From: a virus | Taxonomy: Duplodnaviria > Heunggongvirae > Uroviricota > Caudoviricetes | IMG/VR virus record: IMGVR_UViG_3300029186_000016 | Coordinates: 1 to 19,269 of that record | DNA: 19,269 nt | Direction: 5' to 3' (one strand) | In this document: in pieces, positions 6,732-14,100 of the stretch | How positions within the stretch are numbered: the first letter of the stretch is position 1 | How the letters are laid out: every line of letters begins with the position of its first letter | Notes under the pieces: generated by a model | Seen by the model: only the letters and a program-made list of their open reading frames with translations | Told to the model about the DNA's origin: nothing | The model's database searches: none | Made by a program: the position numbers and the translations under genes

Positions 6732-7282
6732 TCGTAAATATGATATATCCGGAAATTACAGGCAAAAGCGGCGAGCATTTACGTCTAAAAACGCTGGAAG
6801 CCGTCTGGATCCAGGGGAAATTACGGATGTGGGGGCGTTGGTCGTACATAGGTGGTGGCAAACCAGGAAATATGTTCAATCAGTTGCTGGCATCCAAAAA
6901 ACTGACAAAAACCGCAATCAATGAAGCCCTGCGTAGAATCAGGGAGTCAGGGATTGATAAACCAGAGCTGGAAGCATTCTTGCGAGAGATGATCGCTGGC
7001 AGACAGAAGAGCTGGTTGTCTCACTGTACTGATGCAGAGGCGTTACGCATTGATGGGGTGATAAGTAAAGCGCTTGCACGTTATCCTGGATTGATTGATA
7101 TCCTGCGGCAAAGGTACGAAGGGCGGGGGATGAGTAAACGCAAAATGGCTGAATTGTTGAATGAGGTTCACCCTGAGTGGTGCTATGCAACATGCCGCAA
7201 TCGTATAGATATGTGGCTGAGAATAGCTGAGTTTATTCTGTATCCACTGATGCGAGATGCATTTTCTTTTACTGACGCTTAG
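6728..7282 (+). CDS. Putative late-gene antiterminator (Q-like)
   Basis: Position immediately after rusA and before a promoter/terminator region, and a WGRW-type motif near the N-terminus as in some Q-family proteins. The true start may be the ATG at 6740. Family membership not verified. Confidence 0.55.
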   Translation: MIVNMIYPEITGKSGEHLRLKTLEAVWIQGKLRMWGRWSYIGGGKPGNMFNQLLASKKLTKTAINEALRRIRESGIDKPELEAFLREMIAGRQKSWLSHCTDAEALRIDGVISKALARYPGLIDILRQRYEGRGMSKRKMAELLNEVHPEWCYATCRNRIDMWLRIAEFILYPLMRDAFSFTDA

Positions 7283-7339
7283 AATCTGGAGGGCGTTTGT
7301 TGTTGCACGAAGAGGATTTTTGGCTGGTAGTAAGGTTTA

Positions 7340-7447
7340 TGCAGTTTTAGAAAAAAAGCTTGTATTTTTAGCCATAAACTGTTTCAATCCAGCTACGCTT
7401 CGCAAAGCTGTACCGCGAGGCGAATAGCAGACATGGACACCTGAAAG
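7340..7447 (+). promoter_or_regulatory. Candidate late promoter (PR'-like) and Q-utilisation region
   Basis: Non-coding, A/T-rich stretch between the Q-like gene and a strong intrinsic terminator. Promoter-like hexamers are present (e.g. TTGTAT at 7360-7365) but the exact -10 is ambiguous. Confidence 0.4.
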
Positions 7448-7471
7448 AACCCGCTTTATGCGGGTTTTTTT
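7448..7471 (+). terminator. Rho-independent terminator (tR'-like)
   Basis: AACCCGC-TTTAT-GCGGGTT stem followed by a T7 run. Confidence 0.75.
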
Positions 7472-7594
7472 ATGCCTGAAAAACGGCACAGAACATTAAA
7501 CGCGCTGGTAGTTGTGAATACTGGTCTTTCAGCTTGCTGGCTTTTTGGACAAGAGTTATTGGTATGTCACGTTAACCGGAAAAGGGAAAAAGGC

Positions 7595-7792
7595 ATGCTA
7601 AAACAGCAGGATATGACCGAAACCGCCAGAGTGGTGTTTAATGAATTAAGCGTCACCGAACCGGCGACCGTCGGGGAAATTGCGCAGAATACTTACCTTT
7701 CACGCGAACGTTGCCAGTTAATACTGACTCAGCTTGTTATGGCGGGTCTGGCAGATTATCAGTTCGGTTGTTACAGACGCCTTCCGCAGTGA
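7595..7792 (+). CDS. Small winged-helix/HTH DNA-binding protein (65 aa)
   Basis: Internal ATG at 7595 with GGGAAAAAGG SD. Translation contains an HTH-like stretch TVGEIAQNTYLSRERCQLILTQLVMAGL. The 7472 start begins inside the terminator T-run with no SD and is rejected. Confidence 0.5.
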   Translation: MLKQQDMTETARVVFNELSVTEPATVGEIAQNTYLSRERCQLILTQLVMAGLADYQFGCYRRLPQ

Positions 7793-7942
7793 AGGCTTTT
7801 TAATTTGTGGTAATGGGCGGCTGGTGGGTGTTAGCGGCACCTGCCAGCCATCTGCTCATGCGTTGGGGTCACAAGCAAACCTCAGGCCCATCTGCTTTGC
7901 GCAAAAGCGGTATGAGCCTATCAGAGAAGTGCTTATTGATCT

Positions 7943-8992
7943 ATGATTAATACTGTAAAAATATCCAGTTGTGAGTTAATCAACGCTGATTGCCTGGAGT
8001 TTATCCAGACCTTACCGGAAAACTCTGTCGATCTGATAGTCACAGACCCGCCATACTTTAAAGTGAAGCCCGAGGGCTGGGATAACCAGTGGAAGGGCGA
8101 CGATGATTACCTGAAATGGCTGGACCAGTGTCTGGCGCAGTTCTGGCGGGTACTGAAGCCTGCCGGAAGTCTTTACCTGTTCTGTGGTCATCGCCTGGCA
8201 TCTGACACCGAAATCATGATGCGTGAGCGCTTTAATGTGCTGAACCACATTATCTGGGCGAAGCCGTCCGGACGCTGGAACGGGTGCAATAAGGAAAGTC
8301 TGCGGGCGTATTTTCCGGCAACAGAGCGCATTCTGTTTGCAGAACATTATCAGGGACCGTATCGCCCGAAAGATGATGGCTATGTGGCACAGGGGCGCGG
8401 GCTAAAACAGCACGTCATGGCCCCGCTGATTTCTTACTTTCGTGATGCGCGTAAATCACTGGGAATAACGTCAAAACAGATAGCGGAAGCCACCGGAAAG
8501 AAAAACATGGCTTCGCACTGGTTTGGTGCCAGTCAGTGGCAGTTACCGAACGAGGGTGATTACAATAAATTGCAGGCGTTGTTTGCGCGTGTTGCGGCAG
8601 AAAAACATCAGCGCGGGGAACTGGAAAAGCCACACCACCAGCTGGTCAGCACATACAGTGAGCTGAACCGGCAGTACACGGAACTGCTGAGTGAATATAA
8701 AAATTTGCGGCGGTATTTCGGTGTGACGGCGCAGGTTCCGTACACCGATGTCTGGACGCATAAACCGGTGCAGTACTATCCAGGAAAACATCCGTGCGAA
8801 AAACCGGCAGAAATGCTGCAGCAGATAATCAACGCGAGCAGTCGTCCGGGTGACCTGGTTGCAGATTTTTTTATGGGCTCAGGTTCAACGGTAAAAGCTG
8901 CACTGGCGCTCGGGCGTCGTGCGATTGGCGTTGAACTGGAGACCGGACGTTTTGAGCAGACAGTCAGGGAAGTTCAGGATTTAATCGTTTGA
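7943..8992 (+). CDS. Beta-class DNA methyltransferase (N6-adenine or N4-cytosine)
   Basis: Motif IV DPPY (LIVTDPPY) is N-terminal and motif I FxGxG (DFFMGSGST) is C-terminal, i.e. the beta-class order. A roughly 150-aa insert with an HTH-like segment lies between them. Confidence 0.85.
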   Translation: MINTVKISSCELINADCLEFIQTLPENSVDLIVTDPPYFKVKPEGWDNQWKGDDDYLKWLDQCLAQFWRVLKPAGSLYLFCGHRLASDTEIMMRERFNVLNHIIWAKPSGRWNGCNKESLRAYFPATERILFAEHYQGPYRPKDDGYVAQGRGLKQHVMAPLISYFRDARKSLGITSKQIAEATGKKNMASHWFGASQWQLPNEGDYNKLQALFARVAAEKHQRGELEKPHHQLVSTYSELNRQYTELLSEYKNLRRYFGVTAQVPYTDVWTHKPVQYYPGKHPCEKPAEMLQQIINASSRPGDLVADFFMGSGSTVKAALALGRRAIGVELETGRFEQTVREVQDLIV

Positions 8993-9041
8993 AACGGATG
9001 ATATTGAAGAATTAATTACGCGTCGTTATTATGCGGCTCCC

Positions 9042-9117
9042 GGCCCTTTAGCTCAGTGGTGAGAGCGAGCGACTCATAATCGCCAGGTCGCTGGTTCAAA
9101 TCCAGCAAGGGCCACCA
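9042..9117 (+). tRNA. ileZ: tRNA with anticodon CAU; resembles tRNA-Ile2 (lysidine type), though Met cannot be excluded from the anticodon alone
   Basis: Cloverleaf folded by hand: acceptor GGCCCTT/AAGGGCC, D-stem GCTC/GAGC, anticodon loop CTCATAA, T-loop TTCAAAT, encoded CCA. Sequence resembles E. coli ileX as I recall it. Confidence 0.8.
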
Positions 9118-9124
9118 TCACATA

Positions 9125-9201
9125 CCGCCATTAGCTCATCAGGATAGAGCGCCAGCCTTCGAAGCTGGTTGCGCGGGGTTCGAGTCCTCGATGGCGGTCC
9201 A
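9125..9201 (+). tRNA. argN: tRNA-Arg (anticodon UCG)
   Basis: Cloverleaf folded by hand: acceptor CCGCCAT/ATGGCGG (unusual C1:G72), D-stem GCTC/GAGC, anticodon stem CCAGC/GCTGG with loop CTTCGAA, T-loop TTCGAGT, encoded CCA. Confidence 0.75.
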
Positions 9202-9214
9202 TTATCTGTACCCT

Positions 9215-9291
9215 GCGTTGTTAGCTCAGCCGGACAGAGCAATTGCCTTCTAAGCAATCGGTCACTGGTTCGAATCCAGTACAACGCGCCA
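9215..9291 (+). tRNA. argO: tRNA-Arg (anticodon UCU)
   Basis: Cloverleaf folded by hand: acceptor GCGTTGT/ACAACGC, D-stem GCTC/GAGC, anticodon stem ATTGC/GCAAT with loop CTTCTAA, T-loop TTCGAAT, encoded CCA. Confidence 0.85.
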
Positions 9292-9305
9292 CACTTATTT
9301 TCCCT

Positions 9306-9331
9306 GGCTCGCTTTTGCGGGCCTTTTTTTT
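9306..9331 (+). terminator. Rho-independent terminator after the tRNA trio
   Basis: GGCTCGC-TTTT-GCGGGCC stem (one G-U pair) followed by T8. Confidence 0.7.
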
Positions 9332-9526
9332 AAATGTCTCACAATTCAGACGGTTGACTGTTGTCTGGTTGGCGGGGAGTTTGTTAAAAGAAACTGGCAT
9401 GGTGAATCCCCCTGTGCGGAGGGGCAATCAGCGAGTAGGTATATGGGATAATCGCGGATTCAGGTGCTGGTACTGAATTCACCGGGAGGCACCCGGCACC
9501 ATGCAATGGCACATAGCGCCACTCTC

Positions 9527-9562
9527 CAGCCCCTCTCCGGAGGGGCTGTTTATATTGATTTT
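9527..9562 (+). terminator. Strong GC hairpin plus T-rich tract (plus-strand terminator; also lies 3' of the minus-strand ORF)
   Basis: Perfect 9-bp stem CAGCCCCTC-TCCG-GAGGGGCTG followed by TTTATATTGATTTT. Confidence 0.65.
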
Positions 9563-9582
9563 GTCAGATGTGAGTAAACTGC

Positions 9583-9918
9583 TTATGGACTTTGTTGTTT
9601 TAGCCCATAAGGACATATTTGCAGAGTGCAACGGTTATTAAAGCATTCATTCAATACGTTATCTGTATTTGTAGGGCATTCCTGGCTGTTTTTGATTAAA
9701 TTCCAGAATGTTTTATTGAATGGTACTACGTTGTAAATGGTTACAGGTAGCACTTTGTTATTGAGCATGATGCCTGTGTGAGTCAGTGTAAATATACTTT
9801 CAGGAGGTAAGAAAGCATCCGATTGATACCAGATTATTAATTTTATTTTACTCCATATGACTGAAAAAGATATTCCGCATGATGGCTGGATAACTGTATC
9901 AATCACAATCCACTTCAT
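9583..9918 (-). CDS. Hypothetical protein (111 aa), AT-rich cargo gene on the opposite strand
   Basis: Only long ORF in a visibly AT-rich stretch. AAGGAAA SD 6 nt upstream of the ATG on the minus strand. Stop TAA. No recognisable motif or signal peptide. Confidence 0.45.
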   Translation of the reverse strand: MKWIVIDTVIQPSCGISFSVIWSKIKLIIWYQSDAFLPPESIFTLTHTGIMLNNKVLPVTIYNVVPFNKTFWNLIKNSQECPTNTDNVLNECFNNRCTLQICPYGLKQQSP

Positions 9919-10163
9919 TTAGTTTCCTTGTTTATGCCTTGCTGGTGATGTTCTGAAAAGTATAAATGATATTTTTGATTGTAAACCATAGAGCAGAATT
10001 ATTTTTCTGATGTTGTTTATTGTTTATTTAAATGCAGGGTGGTTTATATCTCGTCTTGTAGTTTATCCATGCATATCTGCTTGATGATGAGGTTTTTATT
10101 TAAGGTATGGTTTTGTGTTTTTTCTGTATTACATGTCAGGTATTTTAAAGAATCATTTTTCAG

Positions 10164-12035
10164 ATGGTGGAAAGAACCATGGCATTTAAACACTATGATG
10201 TTGTCAGGGCGGCGTCGCCGTCAGATCTTGCGGAAAAGCTGACACATAAACTGAAAGAGGGCTGGCAGCCGTTTGGTAGTCCGGTGGCCATAACCCCTTA
10301 TACCCTGATGCAGGCGATTGCAGCAGAAGGTGATGTGGTCGTCAGTGGTGCAACTGAGCCGGAGTGGTACTACGTCATCGTACTGGCCGGGCAATCCAAT
10401 GCCATGGCTTACGGTGAAGGGCTTCCGCTTCCGGATTCTTACGATGCGCCCCACCCACGCATTAAGCAACTGGCCCGTCGCAACACAGTGACTCCCGGTG
10501 GTAAAGCATGCGCATTTAACGACATCATTCCGGCAGACCACTGCCTGCATGATGTTCAGGATATGAGCGCACTGAATCATCCGAAGGCAGACCTGAGCAA
10601 AGGGCAGTACGGCTGTGTCGGCCAGGGCTTACATATTGCCAAAAAACTGCTTCCGTATATCCCGAATAACGCGGGGATCCTGCTGGTACCATGCTGTCGT
10701 GGTGGTTCGGCATTCACCCAGGGCGCGGAGGGGACATTCAGTGCGGACACGGGGGCCAGCCAGGATTCGGCACGCTGGGGTGTGGGTAAACCGTTATATC
10801 AGGACCTGATCGCACGCACCAAAGCGGCATTACAGAGGAACCCGAAAAATGTGTTGCTGGCGGTGTGCTGGATGCAGGGCGAATTTGACATGAGCGCTGC
10901 CACCTACGCACAGCAACCGGACCTGTTCACGGCCATGCTGAAGCAGTTCCGTACTGACCTTTCCGGATTTAACGCGCAGTGCCATGGCGGCAGTGCTGCA
11001 GTTGTACCGTGGATTTGTGGCGACACGACGTATTACTGGAAAAACACATACGGCACACAGTATGACTCCGTCTACGGCGCGTACAAAAACAGGGAGAGCG
11101 ACAACGTTTTCTTTGTGCCGTTCATGACCGACGGTAACGGCAACAACACGCCCACCAACTTACCGGCAGAAGACCCGGATATTGCTGATGCAGGTTATTA
11201 CGGCGCGCAATCCCGTAGTAATGGTAATTGGGTATCATCAAATCGCCCGACGCATTTCAGCTCATGGGCGCGTCGTGGCATTATTCCCGATCGTATGGCA
11301 ACTGCTATTCTGAACGTAGCCGGTCGCACCTTAGCCTTCATTAGTGGTAAGGCACCGGAAATCAAACCCTCGCCCGGCGGCGACACTCCATCGGGGCCGT
11401 CTGATGGTGACACATCCGTTCGTACAGTCTCCCTGCTGCCGACAGCCGGAGAGGCTGCTGCGCAGGGCTGGACCATCACCGGCGGCAGTGTTGCGCTGGA
11501 AGATGGTGTGTTTAAGGTTACCAAGCAGAGCAATAAAACCTGGTCCCTGATGCATCCGGTGGATGACGCAGTCTCCCTGCTGACACGGGGTGGCAGACTG
11601 AGCTGTAAGTTTCGACTGTCAGGCGCACTGACCAACAACCAGTTCGGTCTGGGAATTTATCTGTATACCGATGTAGCGTTACCTGACGTCGTGGCGATGA
11701 CCGGGACTGGTAACCCGTTCCTGATGTCGTTCTTCACCCAGACCACAGACGGCAAACTGAATCTGATGCATCACAGGAAAGCAGGAAACACAAAGTTGGG
11801 CGAGTTCGGGAATTACAGTAACGACTGGCAGACGCTGGAGCTGGTGTTCACCGCCGGCAGTGCCACGGTTACTCCGAAACTGAATGGAGTGGCTGGCCCG
11901 GCATTCCAGGTCATAAAAGACAGTCTGACACTGGGGCTGAATGCGCTGACGCTGACGGATATTACCAAAAATGCAGCGTATGGCGTTGAGATAGAAAGTC
12001 TGGTGCTGGAGATAAATGCACCGGCATCATCATAA
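10164..12035 (+). CDS. nanS-p: Prophage sialate O-acetylesterase (NanS-p-like; SGNH/SASA esterase core)
   Basis: VIVLAGQSNAMAYGEG carries the GQSN catalytic-serine motif of the SASA/DUF303 esterase domain. Size of about 620 aa and position between the tRNAs and the lysis genes match what I recall for nanS-p of EHEC prophages. The start could instead be the ATG at 10179. Confidence 0.75.
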   Translation: MVERTMAFKHYDVVRAASPSDLAEKLTHKLKEGWQPFGSPVAITPYTLMQAIAAEGDVVVSGATEPEWYYVIVLAGQSNAMAYGEGLPLPDSYDAPHPRIKQLARRNTVTPGGKACAFNDIIPADHCLHDVQDMSALNHPKADLSKGQYGCVGQGLHIAKKLLPYIPNNAGILLVPCCRGGSAFTQGAEGTFSADTGASQDSARWGVGKPLYQDLIARTKAALQRNPKNVLLAVCWMQGEFDMSAATYAQQPDLFTAMLKQFRTDLSGFNAQCHGGSAAVVPWICGDTTYYWKNTYGTQYDSVYGAYKNRESDNVFFVPFMTDGNGNNTPTNLPAEDPDIADAGYYGAQSRSNGNWVSSNRPTHFSSWARRGIIPDRMATAILNVAGRTLAFISGKAPEIKPSPGGDTPSGPSDGDTSVRTVSLLPTAGEAAAQGWTITGGSVALEDGVFKVTKQSNKTWSLMHPVDDAVSLLTRGGRLSCKFRLSGALTNNQFGLGIYLYTDVALPDVVAMTGTGNPFLMSFFTQTTDGKLNLMHHRKAGNTKLGEFGNYSNDWQTLELVFTAGSATVTPKLNGVAGPAFQVIKDSLTLGLNALTLTDITKNAAYGVEIESLVLEINAPASS

Positions 12036-12120
12036 AAAGTGAGCCAGTCAAATGGAAGGTATCGTTAAACTCACCGGTAGTGTCAGTGGGTCGTCTGAGA
12101 TGCCTGCATGAGTTATCAGA

Positions 12121-12150
12121 GCCATCAGTACTTAACTGGTGGCTTTTTTT
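12121..12150 (+). terminator. Rho-independent terminator between nanS-p and the holin gene
   Basis: GCCATCAG-TACTTAA-CTGGTGGC stem (one G-U pair) followed by T7. Confidence 0.7.
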
Positions 12151-12185
12151 ATTGTTGTCAGCTTCCGGATAACGGGAGACGGGGT

Positions 12186-12401
12186 ATGTACCAGATGGAA
12201 AAAATCACAACAGGTGTGTCATACACCACGTCAGCGGTGGGAACGGGCTACTGGTTCCTGCAGTTGCTGGACAGGGTTTCCCCGTCTCAGTGGGCGGCAA
12301 TAGGCGTGCTGGGGAGTCTGCTGTTTGGGTTGCTGACATATCTGACTAACCTGTATTTCAAAATCAGAGAGGACCGTCGTAAGGCGGCGCGGGGAGAGTA
12401 A
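12186..12401 (+). CDS. S: Holin, phage-21 S-type pinholin with dual start (Met1 and Met4)
   Basis: [10 protein letters not shown]...[40 protein letters not shown] closely resembles the S21 pinholin as I recall it. GGAGACGGGG SD before ATG 12186, with a second ATG at 12195. The track's 12108 start runs through the terminator and is rejected. Confidence 0.8.
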   Translation: MYQMEKITTGVSYTTSAVGTGYWFLQLLDRVSPSQWAAIGVLGSLLFGLLTYLTNLYFKIREDRRKAARGE

Positions 12402-12405
12402 AGCG

Positions 12406-12750
12406 ATGAAGAAAAAATACGAACTGGTTGTTAAAGGGATAAATAATTACCCGAATAAGATTACTGTTACTGTGGCACTGGAAATTGGTGGGTATCCGTC
12501 ACTGTTGTTGCCAGATGTGGCGATTAGTCTTGACCGTACTGAAGATGCCACGCTGGAGTTTTACGAAGCTGAGGCGAAAAAGCAGGCGAAGCAGTTTTTC
12601 ATGGATGTTGCTGCCGGGTTATGTGAAGGGGATGGTCCGTTGCCGGAAAAGCGCCCCGTAATTTTAGAGGCGCAGGATGTGTTGATAACCTACAGAGGAA
12701 AACTACCGGGAATAATTACTGGTTCTCTGAAGACTCCACCGCTGGCCTGA
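12406..12750 (+). CDS. Hypothetical protein inserted between holin and endolysin (YdfR/DUF1327-like position), 114 aa
   Basis: ORF starts 5 nt after the holin stop and ends about 50 nt before the endolysin. A gene in this position exists in Qin-type prophages as I recall; identity not verified. Confidence 0.5.
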   Translation: MKKKYELVVKGINNYPNKITVTVALEIGGYPSLLLPDVAISLDRTEDATLEFYEAEAKKQAKQFFMDVAAGLCEGDGPLPEKRPVILEAQDVLITYRGKLPGIITGSLKTPPLA

Positions 12751-12800
12751 AGACTTAACATATCCAGGGATTTGAAATCGATAAACCCTGATAAATATCC

Positions 12801-13334
12801 ATGAACACCAAAATCAAATACGGCCTGTCGGCTGCCGTTCTGGCGCTGATTGCCGCAGGTGCGCCTGCGCCTGAAATCCTCGACCAGTTTCTGGATGAAA
12901 AGGAAGGTAACCACACCACGGCATACCGTGATGGCGCGGGTATCTGGACCATCTGCCGCGGTGCCATCCTGGTGGATGGCAAACCTGTCGTTCCGGGCAT
13001 GAAGTTGTCGAAGGAAAAATGCGACCGGGTTAACGCCATTGAGCGTGATAAGGCGCTGGCATGGGTGGAGAAAAACATCAGAGTGCCATTGAGTGAACCC
13101 CAGAAAGCGGGGATCGCGTCATTCTGTCCGTACAACATTGGCCCCGGTAAGTGTTTTCCGTCGACGTTTTATAAACGAATTAATGCAGGTGATCGCAGGG
13201 GAGCGTGTGAGGCGATTCGCTGGTGGATTAAGGACGGTGGCAGAGACTGCCGTATTCGCTCAAATAACTGTTACGGTCAGGTATCCCGTCGTGACCAGGA
13301 GAGCGCGCTGGCGTGCTGGGGAATCGACAGATAA
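12801..13334 (+). CDS. R: Endolysin, T4-lysozyme-like muramidase with N-terminal signal-anchor-release (SAR) segment
   Basis: Gly/Ala-rich weakly hydrophobic N-terminus (YGLSAAVLALIAAGAPAP) followed by the E-x8-D-x5-T catalytic spacing (EKEGNHTTAYRDGAGIWT). Pairing with a pinholin is expected for SAR endolysins. Confidence 0.8.
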   Translation: MNTKIKYGLSAAVLALIAAGAPAPEILDQFLDEKEGNHTTAYRDGAGIWTICRGAILVDGKPVVPGMKLSKEKCDRVNAIERDKALAWVEKNIRVPLSEPQKAGIASFCPYNIGPGKCFPSTFYKRINAGDRRGACEAIRWWIKDGGRDCRIRSNNCYGQVSRRDQESALACWGIDR

Positions 13335-13428
13335 GCAGAATATTTTGCTAATCAATGACGTTGGCCAAGGCGGACGGATAACACGAAATCCTGCGAACTG
13401 GCAAAATGTAAGTGAATAAAAGTAAAAA

Positions 13429-13463
13429 CCCCGTTTGTTGGCTGCAAGCGGGGTTTTGTGTTT
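13429..13463 (+). terminator. Rho-independent terminator-like hairpin downstream of the endolysin
   Basis: 9-bp stem CCCCGTTTG/CAAGCGGGG (one G-U pair) with a 7-nt loop, followed by TTTTGTGTTT. Confidence 0.55.
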
Positions 13464-13532
13464 CCTGACTCTGGAAAAGTCAAAGGAGAAAGTGTGTTTG
13501 ATTTTAGCAAACTGATTCGGGAGATTCGAGTG

Positions 13533-13631
13533 ATGGCTGAAAAATTATCCACCTGGAAGTTCATTCTTATCTGGCTGGTGTTTGTGATTATGGCCTCCGG
13601 TTATTTCATCGGTCAGATACGCTGGTGGTGA
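13533..13631 (+). CDS. Hydrophobic mini-ORF (32 aa) between endolysin and Rz
   Basis: Hand-translated: MAEKLSTWKFILIWLVFVIMASGYFIGQIRWW, a single predicted TM helix. GGAGA SD about 9 nt upstream. Its stop TGA overlaps the region of the Rz ATG (TGAAATG). Under the track's length cutoff. Confidence 0.35.
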   Translation: MAEKLSTWKFILIWLVFVIMASGYFIGQIRWW

Positions 13632-13632
13632 A

Positions 13633-14100
13633 ATGAACCGCGTACTGTGCGTGGTCATCATTGCCCTGCTGGTGGCCTGTGGTGCGCTTAGTCTGGGGCT
13701 GAATCATTACCGTGATAACGCCATAACCTACAAAGAGCAGCGCGATAAAAAAGTCAGTGAGCTGGAGCAGGCAAATGCAACCATTACTGATATGCAGCAG
13801 CGCCAGCGTGATGTTGCTGCACTTGATGCCAGATACTCGAGGGAATTAGCCGATGCGAGAGCTGAAAATGAAACTCTGCGCGCTGACGTTGCCGCTGGTC
13901 GTAAGCGCCTGCGGATCAACGCCACCTGCCCCGGTACCGTGCGTGAAGCCCCCACCACCTCCGGCGTGGATAATGCAACCGGCCCCCGACTGGCAGACAC
14001 CGCTGAACGGGATTATTTCACTCTCAGAGAGCGGTTGATGCTGATGCAGAAGCAGCTGGAAGTGGCGCAGGAATATATCCGCACTCAGTGCCTGAAATAA
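13633..14100 (+). CDS. Rz: Rz i-spanin
   Basis: N-terminal TM helix (VLCVVIIALLVACGALSL) then a coiled-coil-like periplasmic domain, with an embedded +1-frame lipoprotein gene. Confidence 0.75.
   Translation: MNRVLCVVIIALLVACGALSLGLNHYRDNAITYKEQRDKKVSELEQANATITDMQQRQRDVAALDARYSRELADARAENETLRADVAAGRKRLRINATCPGTVREAPTTSGVDNATGPRLADTAERDYFTLRERLMLMQKQLEVAQEYIRTQCLK
13868..14038 (+). CDS. Rz1: Rz1 o-spanin lipoprotein, embedded in Rz in another frame
   Basis: MKLCALTLPLVVSAC lipobox followed by a proline-rich segment (PPAPVPCVKPPPPPAW). Lies entirely within the Rz gene. Confidence 0.7.
   Translation: MKLCALTLPLVVSACGSTPPAPVPCVKPPPPPAWIMQPAPDWQTPLNGIISLSESG

Noticed and set aside
7472-7594. Upstream start at 7472 for the small wHTH ORF
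   Set aside because: The ATG lies at the end of the tR' T-run with no SD. The internal ATG at 7595 has a purine-rich SD and gives a compact HTH protein.
7734-7946. 70-aa plus-strand ORF between the wHTH gene and the MTase
   Set aside because: Overlaps the wHTH gene's 3' end in another frame, has no SD, and the region is better explained as a regulatory spacer with direct repeats.
9221-9476. Two track ORFs (9221..9427 on the minus strand, 9243..9476 on the plus strand) in the tRNA region
   Set aside because: They overlap hand-folded tRNA genes and the post-tRNA terminator, have no SD and odd composition; they are chance frames.
10221-11638. Internal and antisense ORFs within nanS-p (10221..10580, 10525..10713, 10615..10809, 11198..11638, 11331..11555, 11344..11550)
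   Set aside because: Fully contained in the 623-aa esterase gene. GC-rich coding sequence gives long spurious frames.
12108-12185. N-terminal extension of the holin ORF starting at 12108
   Set aside because: The extension runs through the intrinsic terminator hairpin and T-tract at 12121-12150 and has no SD. The pinholin-like dual start at 12186/12195 has a good SD.
13093-13564. ORFs 13093..13419 on the plus strand and 13352..13564 on the minus strand around the endolysin 3' end
   Set aside because: They overlap the endolysin in other frames or span the terminator hairpin; no SD.
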